A DNA stretch of 62,891 bases, filler included, from Octopus bimaculoides (lineage: Eukaryota), in the NCBI RefSeq assembly GCF_001194135.2. It is 5 parts of 5 records of this genome, joined end to end, with 100 filler letters (N's around TTAATTAATTAA, not from the genome) between each part and the next. Parts side by side here need not be neighbours in the genome. Positions count along the whole stretch, not along the records: positions 1 to 16,271 come from NC_068985.1; 4 more parts are not named here. One strand, 5' to 3'. The notes beneath the pieces were generated by a model. The model saw only the letters and a list, made by a program, of their open reading frames with translations. It searched no databases and was not told the origin of the DNA. Positions 1 to 11,396 of this stretch are shown here, piece by piece. How positions within the stretch are numbered: the stretch's first letter is position 1; each line of letters opens with the position of its first letter. Both the position numbers and the translations under genes were made by a program.

Positions 1-203
1 ATATATATGGTGGGGTATGTGTGTGTGTTTGTCCAACACCATCACTTAACAACTAGTGTTGGTGTATTTATGTCTCCGTAACTTAGCGGTTCGCCAAAAG
101 TTAACGATGGAATAGGTACCAGGCTTTAAAAACAATTAATAAGTCTTGATGATCCAGCATGGCCGCAGTCTAATGACTGAAACAAGTAAAAGAATAAAAG
201 AAA

Positions 204-215
204 CACACACTCACA

Positions 216-283
<68 letters not shown>

Positions 284-533
284 ACAGTTTATATAATATT
301 CACATGTTGGGTGTAAGTTTGAGAAAGTATATGTTGTTGAATGATGGATGCATGTGTATATAACCTTATATCCTGCTATTTTAATGCATGTATGTATATA
401 AGTGTGTATATGTAAGTGTCACATCACGCCCATCCATGACCTCCACCTCTCTACACAACTGTATGCGCACGCATATAATTGTGGTTTGTATGTCTGCAGA
501 AGAGAATGTATGATTTCCTCTCTCTCTCTCTCC

Positions 534-597
<64 letters not shown>

Positions 598-598
598 T
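204..598. repeat. (CA)n and (CTAT)n microsatellites (representative of dozens in the window)
   Basis: (CA)n at 204-280 and (CTAT)n at about 535-598. Confidence 0.95.
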
Positions 599-1304
599 TA
601 TGAGTATGTATACGTAGGTACTTGCGCATGCGTAAGTGTAAGCGCCCGCGCGCGCTTGTGTGTGGTTGTGTGTATGTAGCGTGCACGTGCGAATGCGGAA
701 TGTGGGGCGATTGATATTAATATTGTAACACACTATTGTGAATAAACAATAATGCCTGTCGCATACACAATACACACGCGTACACAGACACACACGCGTA
801 CACGTACATACATATATATACCCACATACATATATAAGCACACATGCACCCATGCATACACAAGCGGAGTCTCCACTAGAGACACAAGCAAGAAGGCCGG
901 CTCATCTCACCTCCTCCGCACTGTTATAGGACAGACGCCATTCTGGCCACATCCCATTTCAATAATCAGTGGAAATAAAACTAGAGACGAGGCGTTATTT
1001 AAGAAGGATGTTAAGTTCAGCCAATATTATATATATATGTATATATTTGTAGCATATTGTCTATATTATTATTTACTGCCAAAATAATCTCGTTGGCAGT
1101 TTTCCCGCTGTCATCTATATTACACTTAGATTTCGTATCCGATCGGACCTCAGAAGACCGCGTTAAGATAAGATCTATTTGAAAAAGCGAAGGTAAATAA
1201 CTTTAAAAACATTTTTTTATTGTGTTTGCAATTATTAACGTTTTCTCTTGTAACTTCGCTGTTCTTCATGAATGATGGGAGCTTTTTCTTGGTCCGTTTG
1301 TTAA

Positions 1305-1325
1305 CTATTACTATTACTATTATCA

Positions 1326-1413
<88 letters not shown>
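1305..1413. repeat. (ATT)n microsatellite
   Basis: More than 30 ATT units; similar arrays at 2312-2392 and 28222-28271. Confidence 0.95.
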
Positions 1414-1414
<1 letters not shown>

Positions 1415-1430
1415 GCTGCTGCTGCTGTGT

Positions 1431-1652
1431 GCTGGCAGAGTCGTTAGCATGCTGGACGAAATGCTTCGCGGTATTTCGTCTGCCGTTACGTTCTGAGTTC
1501 AAATTCCGCCGAGGTCGACTTTGCCTTTCATCCTTTCGGGGTCGATAAATAAAGTACCAGTGAGGGAGTGGGGTCGATGTAATCGACTTAATCCGTTCGT
1601 CTGTTCTTGTTTGTTCCCTCTAGGTTTAGCCCCTTGTGGGCAATAACGAAAT
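1431..1652 (+). mobile_element. tRNA-derived SINE family A (MetaSINE-like core), Tx1-like tail variant
   Basis: A box TGGCAGAGTCGTTAG, B box GAGTTCAAATTCC, core GCCTTTCATCCTTTCGGGGTCGATAAA (recalled Meta domain), tail GTTTAGCCCCTTGTGGGCAATAACGAAA. Confidence 0.8.
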
Positions 1653-1653
1653 A

Positions 1654-2280
1654 GGTATTTCGCCCGTCGCTACGTTCTGAGTTCAAACTCCGCCGAGGTC
1701 AACTTTGTCTTTCATCCTTTCCGGGTCGTTAAATTAAATACCAGTTGTGTACTGGTGTCGATCTAATTGACTGGCCCCCTCCCCAAAACTTTCGAGCCTT
1801 GTGCCTAGAGTAGAAAAGTTTATTATTATTACTATTAAGGCAACGAGCTGGCAGAATGGTTAGCACGCCGCGCGAAATACTTCGCGGTACTTCGTCTGCC
1901 GCTATGTTCTGAGTTCGAATTCCGCCGAGGTCGACTTTGCCTTTCATCCTTTTGGTGTCGATTAGATAAGTACCAGTTACGCACTGGGGTCGATGTAATC
2001 GACTTAGCCCCTTCCTCCAAAATTGCTGTCCTTGTGGCAAACTCTGAAATCATTATTATTGTTGTTGTTGTTGTTGTTGTCTTTAAGGCGGTGAGTTGGC
2101 AGAATTGTTAGCACGCCGGACCAAATGCTTAGCGGTATTTCATCCGCTTTTACGTTCTGAGTTCAAATTTTGCCCAAGTAGACTGCTTTGCCTCCCTGCA
2201 GGGTCCGTAAATATAACGTCCCAGTTAAATACCGTGGTCAGTTTAATCCGCTAATCTTCCTCAAAATTCCAAACTTGTAC
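1654..2280 (+). mobile_element. Chain of three family-A SINE copies separated by (ATT)n/(GTT)n
   Basis: Repeated head and core with the common tail GGCCCCCTCCCCAAAA..GCCTTGTGCCTAGAGTAGAAAAG. Confidence 0.85.
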
Positions 2281-2313
2281 CCACCACCACCTCGAAAAAA
2301 CCCATTCATCTTA

Positions 2314-2369
<56 letters not shown>

Positions 2370-3214
2370 GTTGTTGTTGTTGTTGTTGTTGTTGAGTGTC
2401 TTCTCACGTTCGCCATGAAAAATGTCCTCTCCAGCTCCTCTTTCAAATTTATGTCCTCCAGTCAATGTAGTAAGTTTTTTATTTCCACATTGGGAAGGGG
2501 GTCGGTAAAGAGACAGAAAGTTTTCAAAGCTTATGACGTTTACTTCTGAACCTCGCTGTTGTATCTCTGTGGAAATCCAAGCCGAGTCGACTTCATATTC
2601 ATTGATTAAAGCCCAGTTCTGTACTGCAGTCTGTTCCCTCACTCTCTCTCTCTGTCTCTCTCTCTCTGTTTCCCTCTGTCTCCTTCTCTTTCCATCTCTC
2701 CATCTCTCTCCCCCTCTCTCTCGCAATGTTCTCATTATCCGAAGTACATATATCATTGCAAGGAAACAGATGTCAGCCGATCCAGTTAAACACTGGACAA
2801 AATATTTTGTGCCATTTACTACATTCACACTGTATTTTATTCTCGTTATTTTTTTTTTTTATGAAATTCCTGCCAAATACCGATTTCGATCAAATTATCT
2901 GCCAATCACTCCGTACCTACTCGATACTGTTCACCCTTGGCGCGAATATAAAAATTTCCTCATATTTTATTAAACCAAAGAAATTAAATTTGCCATAATA
3001 GGGCCATGGATTGGCAGAAACGGTAGAAGAGTGAACCAATGTTTCCGGGATATGAAGCCACACCTTTACGTATCTGAGATCACCTCACATCAAATAAATC
3101 TTGCTTTACGGACTTCCGGCGAATAATAAAATAACAGGGAAGTATTCAAGAGGATGTTGTTAACTGTTTCCTACACCAAACATCTTTTATACGTACGTTC
3201 TTTCCGTAGGGTTA

Positions 3215-3544
3215 AAATGGCTCTCCGTCGGTTACGACGACGAGTGTTCCAGTTCATCCGATCAACGGAACAGCCTACTCGTCAAATTCACGTGCAAGTG
3301 GCTGAGTACTCCACAGACACGCGGACCCTTAACGTAATTCTCAGGGAGAGCCAATGTAATACAGAATGTGACAAGGCTAGCCCCTTTGAATTACAGATAC
3401 AACTCATTTTTTTCCAGCTGAGTCGACTGAAGCAACATCAAATAAAGAGTCTTGCTCAAGGGCGCAATGCACCGCTGGGAATCGAACTCACAAACTTACC
3501 AGCGTGAGCTGAATACCCCTAACCACTAAGACATGCGCCTTCAC
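3215..3544 (-). mobile_element. tRNA-derived SINE family C
   Basis: Reverse-complement head GAAGGCGCATGTCTTAGTGGTTAG..GAGTTCGATTCCC, then the CCTTGAGCAAGAC core. Homologous copies at 5569-5893 (-) and 20350-20520 (+). Confidence 0.8.
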
Positions 3545-4862
3545 TTCATATGATTAATCATATAGTAACTTCACAAAGTTAATACAGCAGCTCTAGACTA
3601 CAGGATTATCTGCAGTCATAAATCTACACTTTTTCGATCTCATCTGTAAGCTTATTTCTGAGTGTGCTCGACTTACCAACTTCTGAGACGCAGAATAACG
3701 CCAAGGGAAGTGACTCTGAGGGAGTCATCGTGGTACGGTTAACTTCTCACCGCTACCATGACAACAACCGTTATTTCTTCTAATATAATAAATGCGAATA
3801 TCAGTGTGTCAGTGTGTCACACATTTTTTTTCAACTTTACTCCTTGAGGCCGTAGCCCAACATACACCATTTTGGAGTTAGTCGACTCCGTGAGTAAATT
3901 AAAAACATTCCGGGCCGAATCTGGACCCACAATCCGGAAATTTTGGATTCCCAAGTTTTCATTCCTGCAATTGTTTTCGGCGCTTTTTTTTCGTGATTTT
4001 TTGCGACAAATATTTTTGTACGATAATTTTTATAACTTGGAAATAAATTTTGGGAATAATCGAAATTAATTGCGAAATCCAGCGATTATATTTTGGCGAT
4101 TGTTTTTGTGATTTATTACGACGAATATGATCATCATTGGTGGAAGCAGTTGCAACAAATTCTCCAAAACAAGTCAGAGATCTGTTTGCAGATCTTCCCA
4201 TTCAGGGCCAGTTGCTTAAAATCCGCCTGACAGGGCGGCTTTTGAGGTAGTTAACTATAAATTTGAAAAATGAGTCAAAGGAGAAGAGATACAACTAGAC
4301 GACATTTCCAAGCAGTTAAAATGCACTCATCTCCGATATCCAAGTGGCTAAAATGTGTTCAGCAGAAGGGTACCTAAGAGTCAACCTGAATGCGGCTCAG
4401 CCCTGTTAGAGTGCCAGAAATTAAGGACCGAAACACTTGCCTGACTGGGGTTTCTTTTCTGAAGACCTTCTCCTGTCCAGCTCTCTTAAGGGTTTCTTAC
4501 CACCTCTGACGAAATCAATATTTCAAACCTAATTTTGTTTTATTACTTCCCTACACCAATTGCTACTTACTTCAACTCTTTCTTATTTTCCCCACACATC
4601 CGATTCCTATGCTTTAAATTCCCCAATGTTTTGAAAATCTATTTACTTGCAAGATGGGATATTTTTTTTTATCTTCCCTTTTTAGGTGAAGCCCTGTGTT
4701 TTTCATTCTTTATTTCGCAATGTTAATTTCATTTCGTTCACTTTTTGTTCAGAAATATATTAATGTTACCTCCTTAAGCTTTCTTTCGTTCCTACGTTTG
4801 CGTGTCTGTGAGCGTGCACATGTGTGCATGTCTTTATCGATTAGTATTAATTAGCATACCCT

Positions 4863-5410
4863 TAAGATGGCGAGTTTGCAGAATCGTTACCACTCTGGGC
4901 GAAATGCTTACTGGCATTTCGTCTGCTATTACGTTGAGTTCAAATTCCGCCGGGATCGTCTTTGCCTTTCATCTTTTCGAGGTCGGTAAAATGGGTACCA
5001 GTAGAACCCTGGGTTCGATGTAATCGACCTGCCCCCTGTCCGAAATTTCAGGCCTTGTGCCTATAATAAAAAGGATTAATTAGCATATTCTTAAAGCGAG
5101 GAGTTGGCAGAATCATCAGCACTCTGGGCGAAATGCTTGAGGGCATTTTCTGAGTTCAAATTCCGCCGAGGTCGACTTTGCTTTCATCCTTTCGGGGTCG
5201 ATAAATTAAGTACCAGTTGCGTACTGGGGTCGATCTAATCGACTGGCCCTACGTCCCCGAAAATTTCGGGCCTCGTGTCTAGAGTAGAAAAGAATGCTTG
5301 ATGGCATATAACCTGTCTTTGCAAACTGAGTTCAAATTCCACCGATGTCGATAAAATAAGTACCGACTGAACACTGGATACGAATTGCTGACCATGTGCC
5401 AAAATTTGGA
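4863..5410 (+). mobile_element. Tandem family-A SINE copies
   Basis: Two near-complete copies and one partial copy with A/B boxes and core. Confidence 0.85.
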
Positions 5411-5568
5411 ATCAGTAAATAGACTGAGGCCACATGTATTAATGATGTTTCCTCGGACATGGTACAATAGTCTTGAAGTGCTAAGAACTGTTGACTCTCT
5501 TATGTCTACAGACTGATATACAACTAATGCATCAGCTGCAGCAACATAGTGCAAAATATTAACTGGTA

Positions 5569-5893
5569 CTCCGTCGGTTACGATGACGAGTGCTCCTGTT
5601 GATCCGAAGAGTGCTCCAGTTGGTCCGATCACGTGAAAATAACGTACATGTGGCTGAGTACTCCACAGACACGTGTACCCTTAGCGTAGCTCTCAGGGAT
5701 ATTCAGCGTGACACAGAATGTAACAAGGCTAGCCGCTTTGAAATACAGGTACTTCTCATTTTTGCCAGCTGAGTGGACTGGAGTAACGTGACGTAAACTG
5801 TTTTTTTCAAGGACACAACGCGCCGCCGGGAATCGAACTCACGACCTTACGATCGTAGGCTAAAGACTTTAAGCACACAGCCACGCGCCTTCA
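5569..5893 (-). mobile_element. tRNA-derived SINE family C
   Basis: Colinear with 3215-3544. Confidence 0.8.
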
Positions 5894-6208
5894 CTCGTAC
5901 AGAATCTGTAACGTACGAGAAATCAGTGATAATAAGCGTTTCTTGCGTCGACAAACATCAACCAAGGGGAAAGGGGGATTGTTCAGTGATGTTGACCCTA
6001 GTATAACTGGTACTTTATTTTATTGATCCCAAAGGTTGAACGGCAAAGTTAACTTCAGCAGGATTAGAACTCAAAACCTAAAGACTCAGAACAGATACTT
6101 CATAGCATTCTCTTCAATGCACAAGGCAGTCTACCAAATTAACGTACCAAAACCACCACCACCACCACCACTACCACTACTACTACTACTAATAATAATA
6201 ATAATAAC

Positions 6209-6448
6209 AATAATAGGAGCATTAGGGGAAGTTTCTAAGGGCTTTGAAAAACATATGAAGAATATTGGAGCTGTTGTCAGACTCAAAGTGATCCAGAAGA
6301 CAGCATTGTTGGGTACAGCTCGCATTCTAAGGAGAGTATTGTCTCTTTGAGTCAAAGAGAAGGTGCTACTTGAAACCTTTGGTGATTTGTTATTGCCTGC
6401 TTTCAAGTAAAGAATAACCGGTAATTAAGAACCATCCGAGAGTCTTTC
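6209..6448 (+). mobile_element. R4/Dong-type non-LTR retrotransposon 3' fragment in (AAT)n
   Basis: IIGALGEVSKGFEKHMKNIG..IQKTALLGTARILRRVLSL* is the typical RLE-domain C-terminus; (AAT)n on both sides. Confidence 0.8.
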
Positions 6449-6487
<39 letters not shown>

Positions 6488-6496
6488 TTAATAATA

Positions 6497-6940
6497 GTCG
6501 GACAAGAAATTAGAAAACAATAGACCAGATATTATAACCACAGATAATGAAACACGAAGTTACTTACTTATCGACCCATCATGCCCATTTGATTCGAGGA
6601 TCGCAAAGAAAGAGGACAAAAAGCAAAAAGCAAAAGAAACAATCTCCTAAAATTTGAAATAAGAAGAATTTAGAGTATGCGAACAGTTAATGTGACGATA
6701 ATAATTGATGCGCTGGAATCAGTAAGCCAGGATATAGACAAATGGCTGAAGGAGATTGAAATAGAATGCTCGGTAGAGCTCCTACAGAAAGATTGTCTCT
6801 TAGGGACAGCAAGGATTATCAGGAGGGCCCTAAGCACTTGATAAACTGCTGAAAACTTGTGGATACTTATGGTTACAAGTGTTAACCAGCTATCCACATA
6901 ATTCCTACCAGGAATAACACCGAACCTGAGACAAACCAAA
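6497..6940 (+). mobile_element. R4/Dong-type retrotransposon 3' fragment with RLE motif
   Basis: NRPDIITTDNETRSYLLIDPSCPFD (PD..D endonuclease motif) ... LLQKDCLLGTARIIRRAL; (AAT)n flanks. Confidence 0.8.
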
Positions 6941-6954
6941 ATGATAATAATAAT

Positions 6955-7170
6955 CCTTTCTATTACAGGCACAAGGCCTGAAATTTTTGGGGGAAGTGAA
7001 CTAGTCGATTACATCGACCCCACTGTTTGACTGGTACTTAATTTATCAACCCCGAAAGGATGAAAGGCAAAGTCGACCTCGGCGGAATTTGATCTCAGAA
7101 CGTAGTGACGGACGAAATATCGCTAAGCATTTTTCCTGGCGTGCTAACGATTCTGCCAGCTCATCGCCTT
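6955..7170 (-). mobile_element. Family-A SINE between Dong-like fragments
   Basis: Full reverse-complement copy with CpGs intact; (AAT)n at both ends. A decayed copy also lies at about 5965-6150. Confidence 0.85.
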
Positions 7171-7186
7171 AATAATAATAATAATA

Positions 7187-7785
7187 GTCCACTGGAGGCT
7201 ATGTGAAAAGTACGGCCTGAACAGAGCACGAAAATGTTACGAACATGTACCAGAAGGAGTCACCGAGAACAAGGAATATAAGAGACTGAGATTTTACAAG
7301 CCAATGTGACTCCCTAATTGAGACTTGGAGACTAGATATTCTTGTCGTAGATAAAGGAAAAAATGGAAACCAAGATCATAGACATTGCAATACCTGGAGA
7401 TGCACTCATAAATGACAAAGAACTAGAAAAGATTGGAAAGTACAGACTACTAAAAGATGAAATTTCAAGAATATGGACTATGAGGAGAGTGTCTGTCATT
7501 CCAGTAGTTGTAGGGATACTTGGAACACTAACAGCCAAGTTTGAGAAATATGTCAAAGAAATTGGAATTAAAATGGGAGCAGAGTAAGTCCAAAACACTG
7601 CTCTGCTGGAAACAGCTAAGAATTTGAGATTGGTACATGGATGTTGAATGTCTCCCACGATAATTAACAACCAAGTATCAAAGCTTATAATGTGCGGAAA
7701 GAGATCCTGTGAGACCTCTGACAGCAGTTTGCTCTCTGCTCTCACAGAATCTACCAGAACAAACAAGACCAAACGTTCTGAGAAG

Positions 7786-7786
<1 letters not shown>
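7187..7786 (+). mobile_element. R4/Dong-type retrotransposon 3' fragment
   Basis: HWRLCEKYGL ... TKIIDIAIPGD..KELEKIGKYRLLKDEISRIWTMRRVSVIPVVVGILGT; (AAT)n flanks. Confidence 0.85.
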
Positions 7787-7824
<38 letters not shown>

Positions 7825-7825
<1 letters not shown>

Positions 7826-9800
7826 GTTCCTGTAGTAGCTCAAGAGTTAGTACATACAAATGAGAAGATTCAAGAAGAACAACCTTGAATAATGGAGCGC
7901 ATAACGTTGAATGGTTCCAATAGTTGGCCATTCATTCCAGCCACTGAGTAGATGTTACTGTACATTGCAGCGATCCAACCGCAGAAGATTGGATCGAAAC
8001 CGGTTGCCGTGAGGACAGCTGCACGTGTCAACCCTATTGAAAGCTTTCGATTGATCTAAGTTGACGTGGACGCCACTTTTACCATGTTCCCTACCCACCC
8101 TCCCTATGATGTATCGCGTGAGGTGCAAGTTGCCGTGGATTGACCTGCTCAGGGTGGCGCACTTCCAACCAGATTACCAATGACAAGCGTCATCTACTTC
8201 ACAAACCCCTTGGCCTAAATCCTAGAATCTGTGTTTTATAGAGTTATAGGCTAAAGAAAATTATCAATGTAGTCCCCCTTATTTATGTCCTTCCTCAGCA
8301 GCGTAACCGCCTCTCGACTCACAGAACTTAGGATTCTGCCTTTCTGCTGCCAGTTGTGGTAGATATTTTGCACCCCTCTCATATCAATTAACACCACACA
8401 GCCCAAAGTGCGTAAAAGATGACTTCCCAGTCACCTACTCGCACTAATGAACGGGACTCCTCTAGGTGCCTTCGAGTGTATTGCCCCTGACGGAGTAGAA
8501 ACAGCTACGAAGTTGAAGGCACCTCATTTGCTTCTGTTCATGTCGAGGGCCACTACCTTACCTGTTGGTTCCCAGAAAATCGTCCGTATTATGAAATCCA
8601 GAGCCTTCCGAAACGAGACCCTAACCCCATTTCACAATCCTGGGTGACTTGGAAATAAGTAGATCTCGTATCCAACGAAAATGAACATGGAAGGTTGAGA
8701 ATTAGAAGCCTTGGTCTCGCTGATTGCAACCACATCTCTATCTAGTGATCTGAGATCATTTAGCAGATGGCCCTGTTTCAAATGTGACCCTGCGTTGAGC
8801 AAGAATATTTGACTGGAGGGAGGTTAGAAAAGATCACTTACCGTATGCTTATTGCGGGCCAGGCGACTCATCTCTGGTTGGCTGTCAATGTTTCCACAAA
8901 CAGTTATTTATATATATATTTTTTTTAAATTGATATTTCTCTGAAATCTCCTATTGTATCGGGATACTCGTTTCTTTTCATGGTATTGTATATGCTTTGA
9001 GTGGTTTGGATGGTTTTTATGTGCTTTTCGTTGGCATGAGGAAATCATTTTGACTGCATCTGTACGCGTTTCATAAATGCTGTTGTTTGTATTTATGGCA
9101 GTATAATTTATAATGTTTCTAAACGGCTATCATTAATTTTGGTGCATAATGGGGTTTGCTGCTGTTTGCGATGGCATTTGTCTTTGTGGTGGTGGTGATA
9201 GTGATGGGGATGGTGGTAGCGATAGTAGTGGTTTTGTTGCTGTTGTTCGAGATGAGGTTGATGTATCGTTGTTTGGAAACATTCCTAGCGTCCGTTTGCA
9301 CTTCCCAGCTTTCTGCTGGATCTTTTCATCTCTTTTCTCTTGTTTATTGTTTCCATTTTCCCTTCTCCACTGCCTTCACCACACAATATGTTTGTGTAGT
9401 CTCGACCGGGGAGAAGCATATATTAAGGGCCGTTATATTTTTGTATGATTCTTGTTATTTAAAGGCTTTCAGTTGTTGTGGAAGTGGATGTGGTGACTCC
9501 TGAGGGTGGGGTTTCTCTTTAAGTTATTCTTGTTGCTGTGGTTTCCACTGTTTGGTTGTTTCTGCTGCTGCTGCTGTTCCTTTTGGTTTCTCGGCTGCTG
9601 CTTTTAATGTTGCAGTTGTTGCTGCCATTATGACTGTTGCCAATGCACGCTGCACGTTCGTACTGTTGCTGTTGCGGAGATGGTGTCGACAGAAGTGAGG
9701 AAGGGGGTTACACTTTCTTCATTCGTTTGGATCGACAGTTCCATGCTTTTGCCCGATCAATTTTTTGCTGCAGATTCTCAATCAGTAGAATATAATCGAA
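7825..9800 (-). mobile_element. Decayed Tx1/L1-clade LINE, 5' part (T/A-rich ORF1 end, APE endonuclease, N-half of RT)
   Basis: Broken minus-strand frames give HLLNDLRSLDRDVVAISETK (APE), NLDQSKAFNRVD, GFDPIFCGWIAAMYS and IQGCS..LYVLTLE (RT). Many stops and an internal deletion. Confidence 0.8.
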
Positions 9801-10379
9801 GAAAATCGCCGCCATTAACCAGCAAATTCTTCTCTTCTTTTACTTGTTTCAGTCATTAGACTGCGGCCATGCTGGGGTACTGGTTTGACGGTTTTTGTTG
9901 AACAAATCGACCCCAGTATTTACTAATTATTTTTCAAGCCTGATACTTATTTTATCGGGTTCCTCTGCTGAATTGCTAAGTGTATATATATATATTTCGT
10001 TTTTGTATTTCGTTTGCAAGATTCTTTATGTGAATTCGTGTGTTGAAGCATACTTTATTGTGTCTGGGGAGAATCATTCTGTTTGAATGCCATATTAATT
10101 AACACACTCACCGGTTCGATCTCCACTCATTTACTTATTTACTTTTTCTAAAATGTCTGTTGCTTCTTGCAACTTCTTCAATTGTCTAACTACCCAGACA
10201 ACCGTGACCTTAGTAGATTCTTCCCCATCCGGTCACAAAGGGGAGACCACCCACCACCACCTCGGCAGTGAAGAAAAGCACCACAGACCGCTGGAGTGGC
10301 TGGACCATATCCACCCAAGACCCTGAGAACAGCAGTCAGGTGAAAAGAATGATTGCACATTCAATAGGGGCTAGCATAA

Positions 10380-11230
10380 GAACTACCTTGAAGAACTTTA
10401 GTTAGAGACTATGAACGACAGAGTGCAGCTTCTTCACTCCTATTACATGAAACCCTTCAAAATATGTTGTTCACAAGAACTCAGCTTTGTCACACATGAA
10501 AATCAACATACTGATAGCAGACTTAGTTAAGGTAATGAACAATATGTCCTCACTATGCAAACCCTATGAAACGAAGAAACATGTACAGGACTTCATGTAC
10601 AGGACTTCATGCACCGCATGCAATTCTCTGAATATGACCAGAAAGATAGGGTTCGGGTAAAAATGGGAGCTAGAAAGAAGTTAGCATTATATGTAATGAA
10701 ACCAGTGGTGCCTGCCCTAGAGACAGGGGTAGAGACTCGAATAGGATACAAAGAGCTTGTGACAAAGTAAACAGAGTGAACACGTGGTACAAGGCCGACA
10801 AATGTATCAAGAAGTGACGTTTATAGAGGCCGTAGCTCATGGAGAACTAACCCGAATATTTAAGAAAGCTCTGAAGGAGGCCAAACTCAACATTAAAATC
10901 GCTGAATGCCAGGGAGCTCCACCAGGTCACGGTTATGCAGGACGTACCCCTTTGTGAATACCACGTGCACCAATAAGAACTGTATGATATGTAAGATTAC
11001 AGCATAAGATGCACAGAAGATGCTTGTAGAGGCATGAGCATGACATACATTGGTGAGACATCGAGAAGCATTGTGGAGAGACTAAATAAGCATTTGAGAC
11101 AATATGACGACAAAAAAAAAACAGTCCTCCATACTTTACCAGCATGCCCAAGACCAAAATGGAAGCACACTGGGTCTACTTGGCATCTGCATTTTATCCA
11201 GGCACCCAAAGGATCCTACACTCAGACAAA
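10380..11230 (+). mobile_element. Decayed Penelope-like element (thumb/linker plus GIY-YIG endonuclease)
   Basis: MTYIGETSRSIVERLNKHLRQ (YIGET..ER..H motif) at about 11040-11100, preceded by broken frames resembling the PLE linker. Confidence 0.7.
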
Positions 11231-11359
11231 TACAAGAGTACGTCCACATAGGTGAAACATCTCCGTACTAAATAGGAGATATACGTTGACGGTAATGATC
11301 CCTCAATACCCACAGTTTATACTTACACAGGTAGATTTGTTAGTAGGCGCATACATACA

Positions 11360-11395
<36 letters not shown>

Positions 11396-11396
11396 T

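Noticed and set aside
1125-1170. Minus-strand CTGAGG-TCCGATCGGA-TAC-GAAA motif
   Set aside because: Core incomplete and no stem I; too degenerate to call.
2238-2828. 196-aa minus-strand ORF
   Set aside because: Bridged by (GA)n and (AAC/AAT)n repeats; the unique middle has no good splice sites or recognisable homology.
4505-4535. CTGACGA..TTCAAAC motif
   Set aside because: Lacks GAAA and a convincing stem I or III.
7972-8006. Hairpin GATCCAA..TTGGATC followed by GAAACCGGTT, resembling a hammerhead
   Set aside because: No CUGANGA core, and the opposite strand encodes the Tx1 RT segment TGFDPIFCGWIAA.
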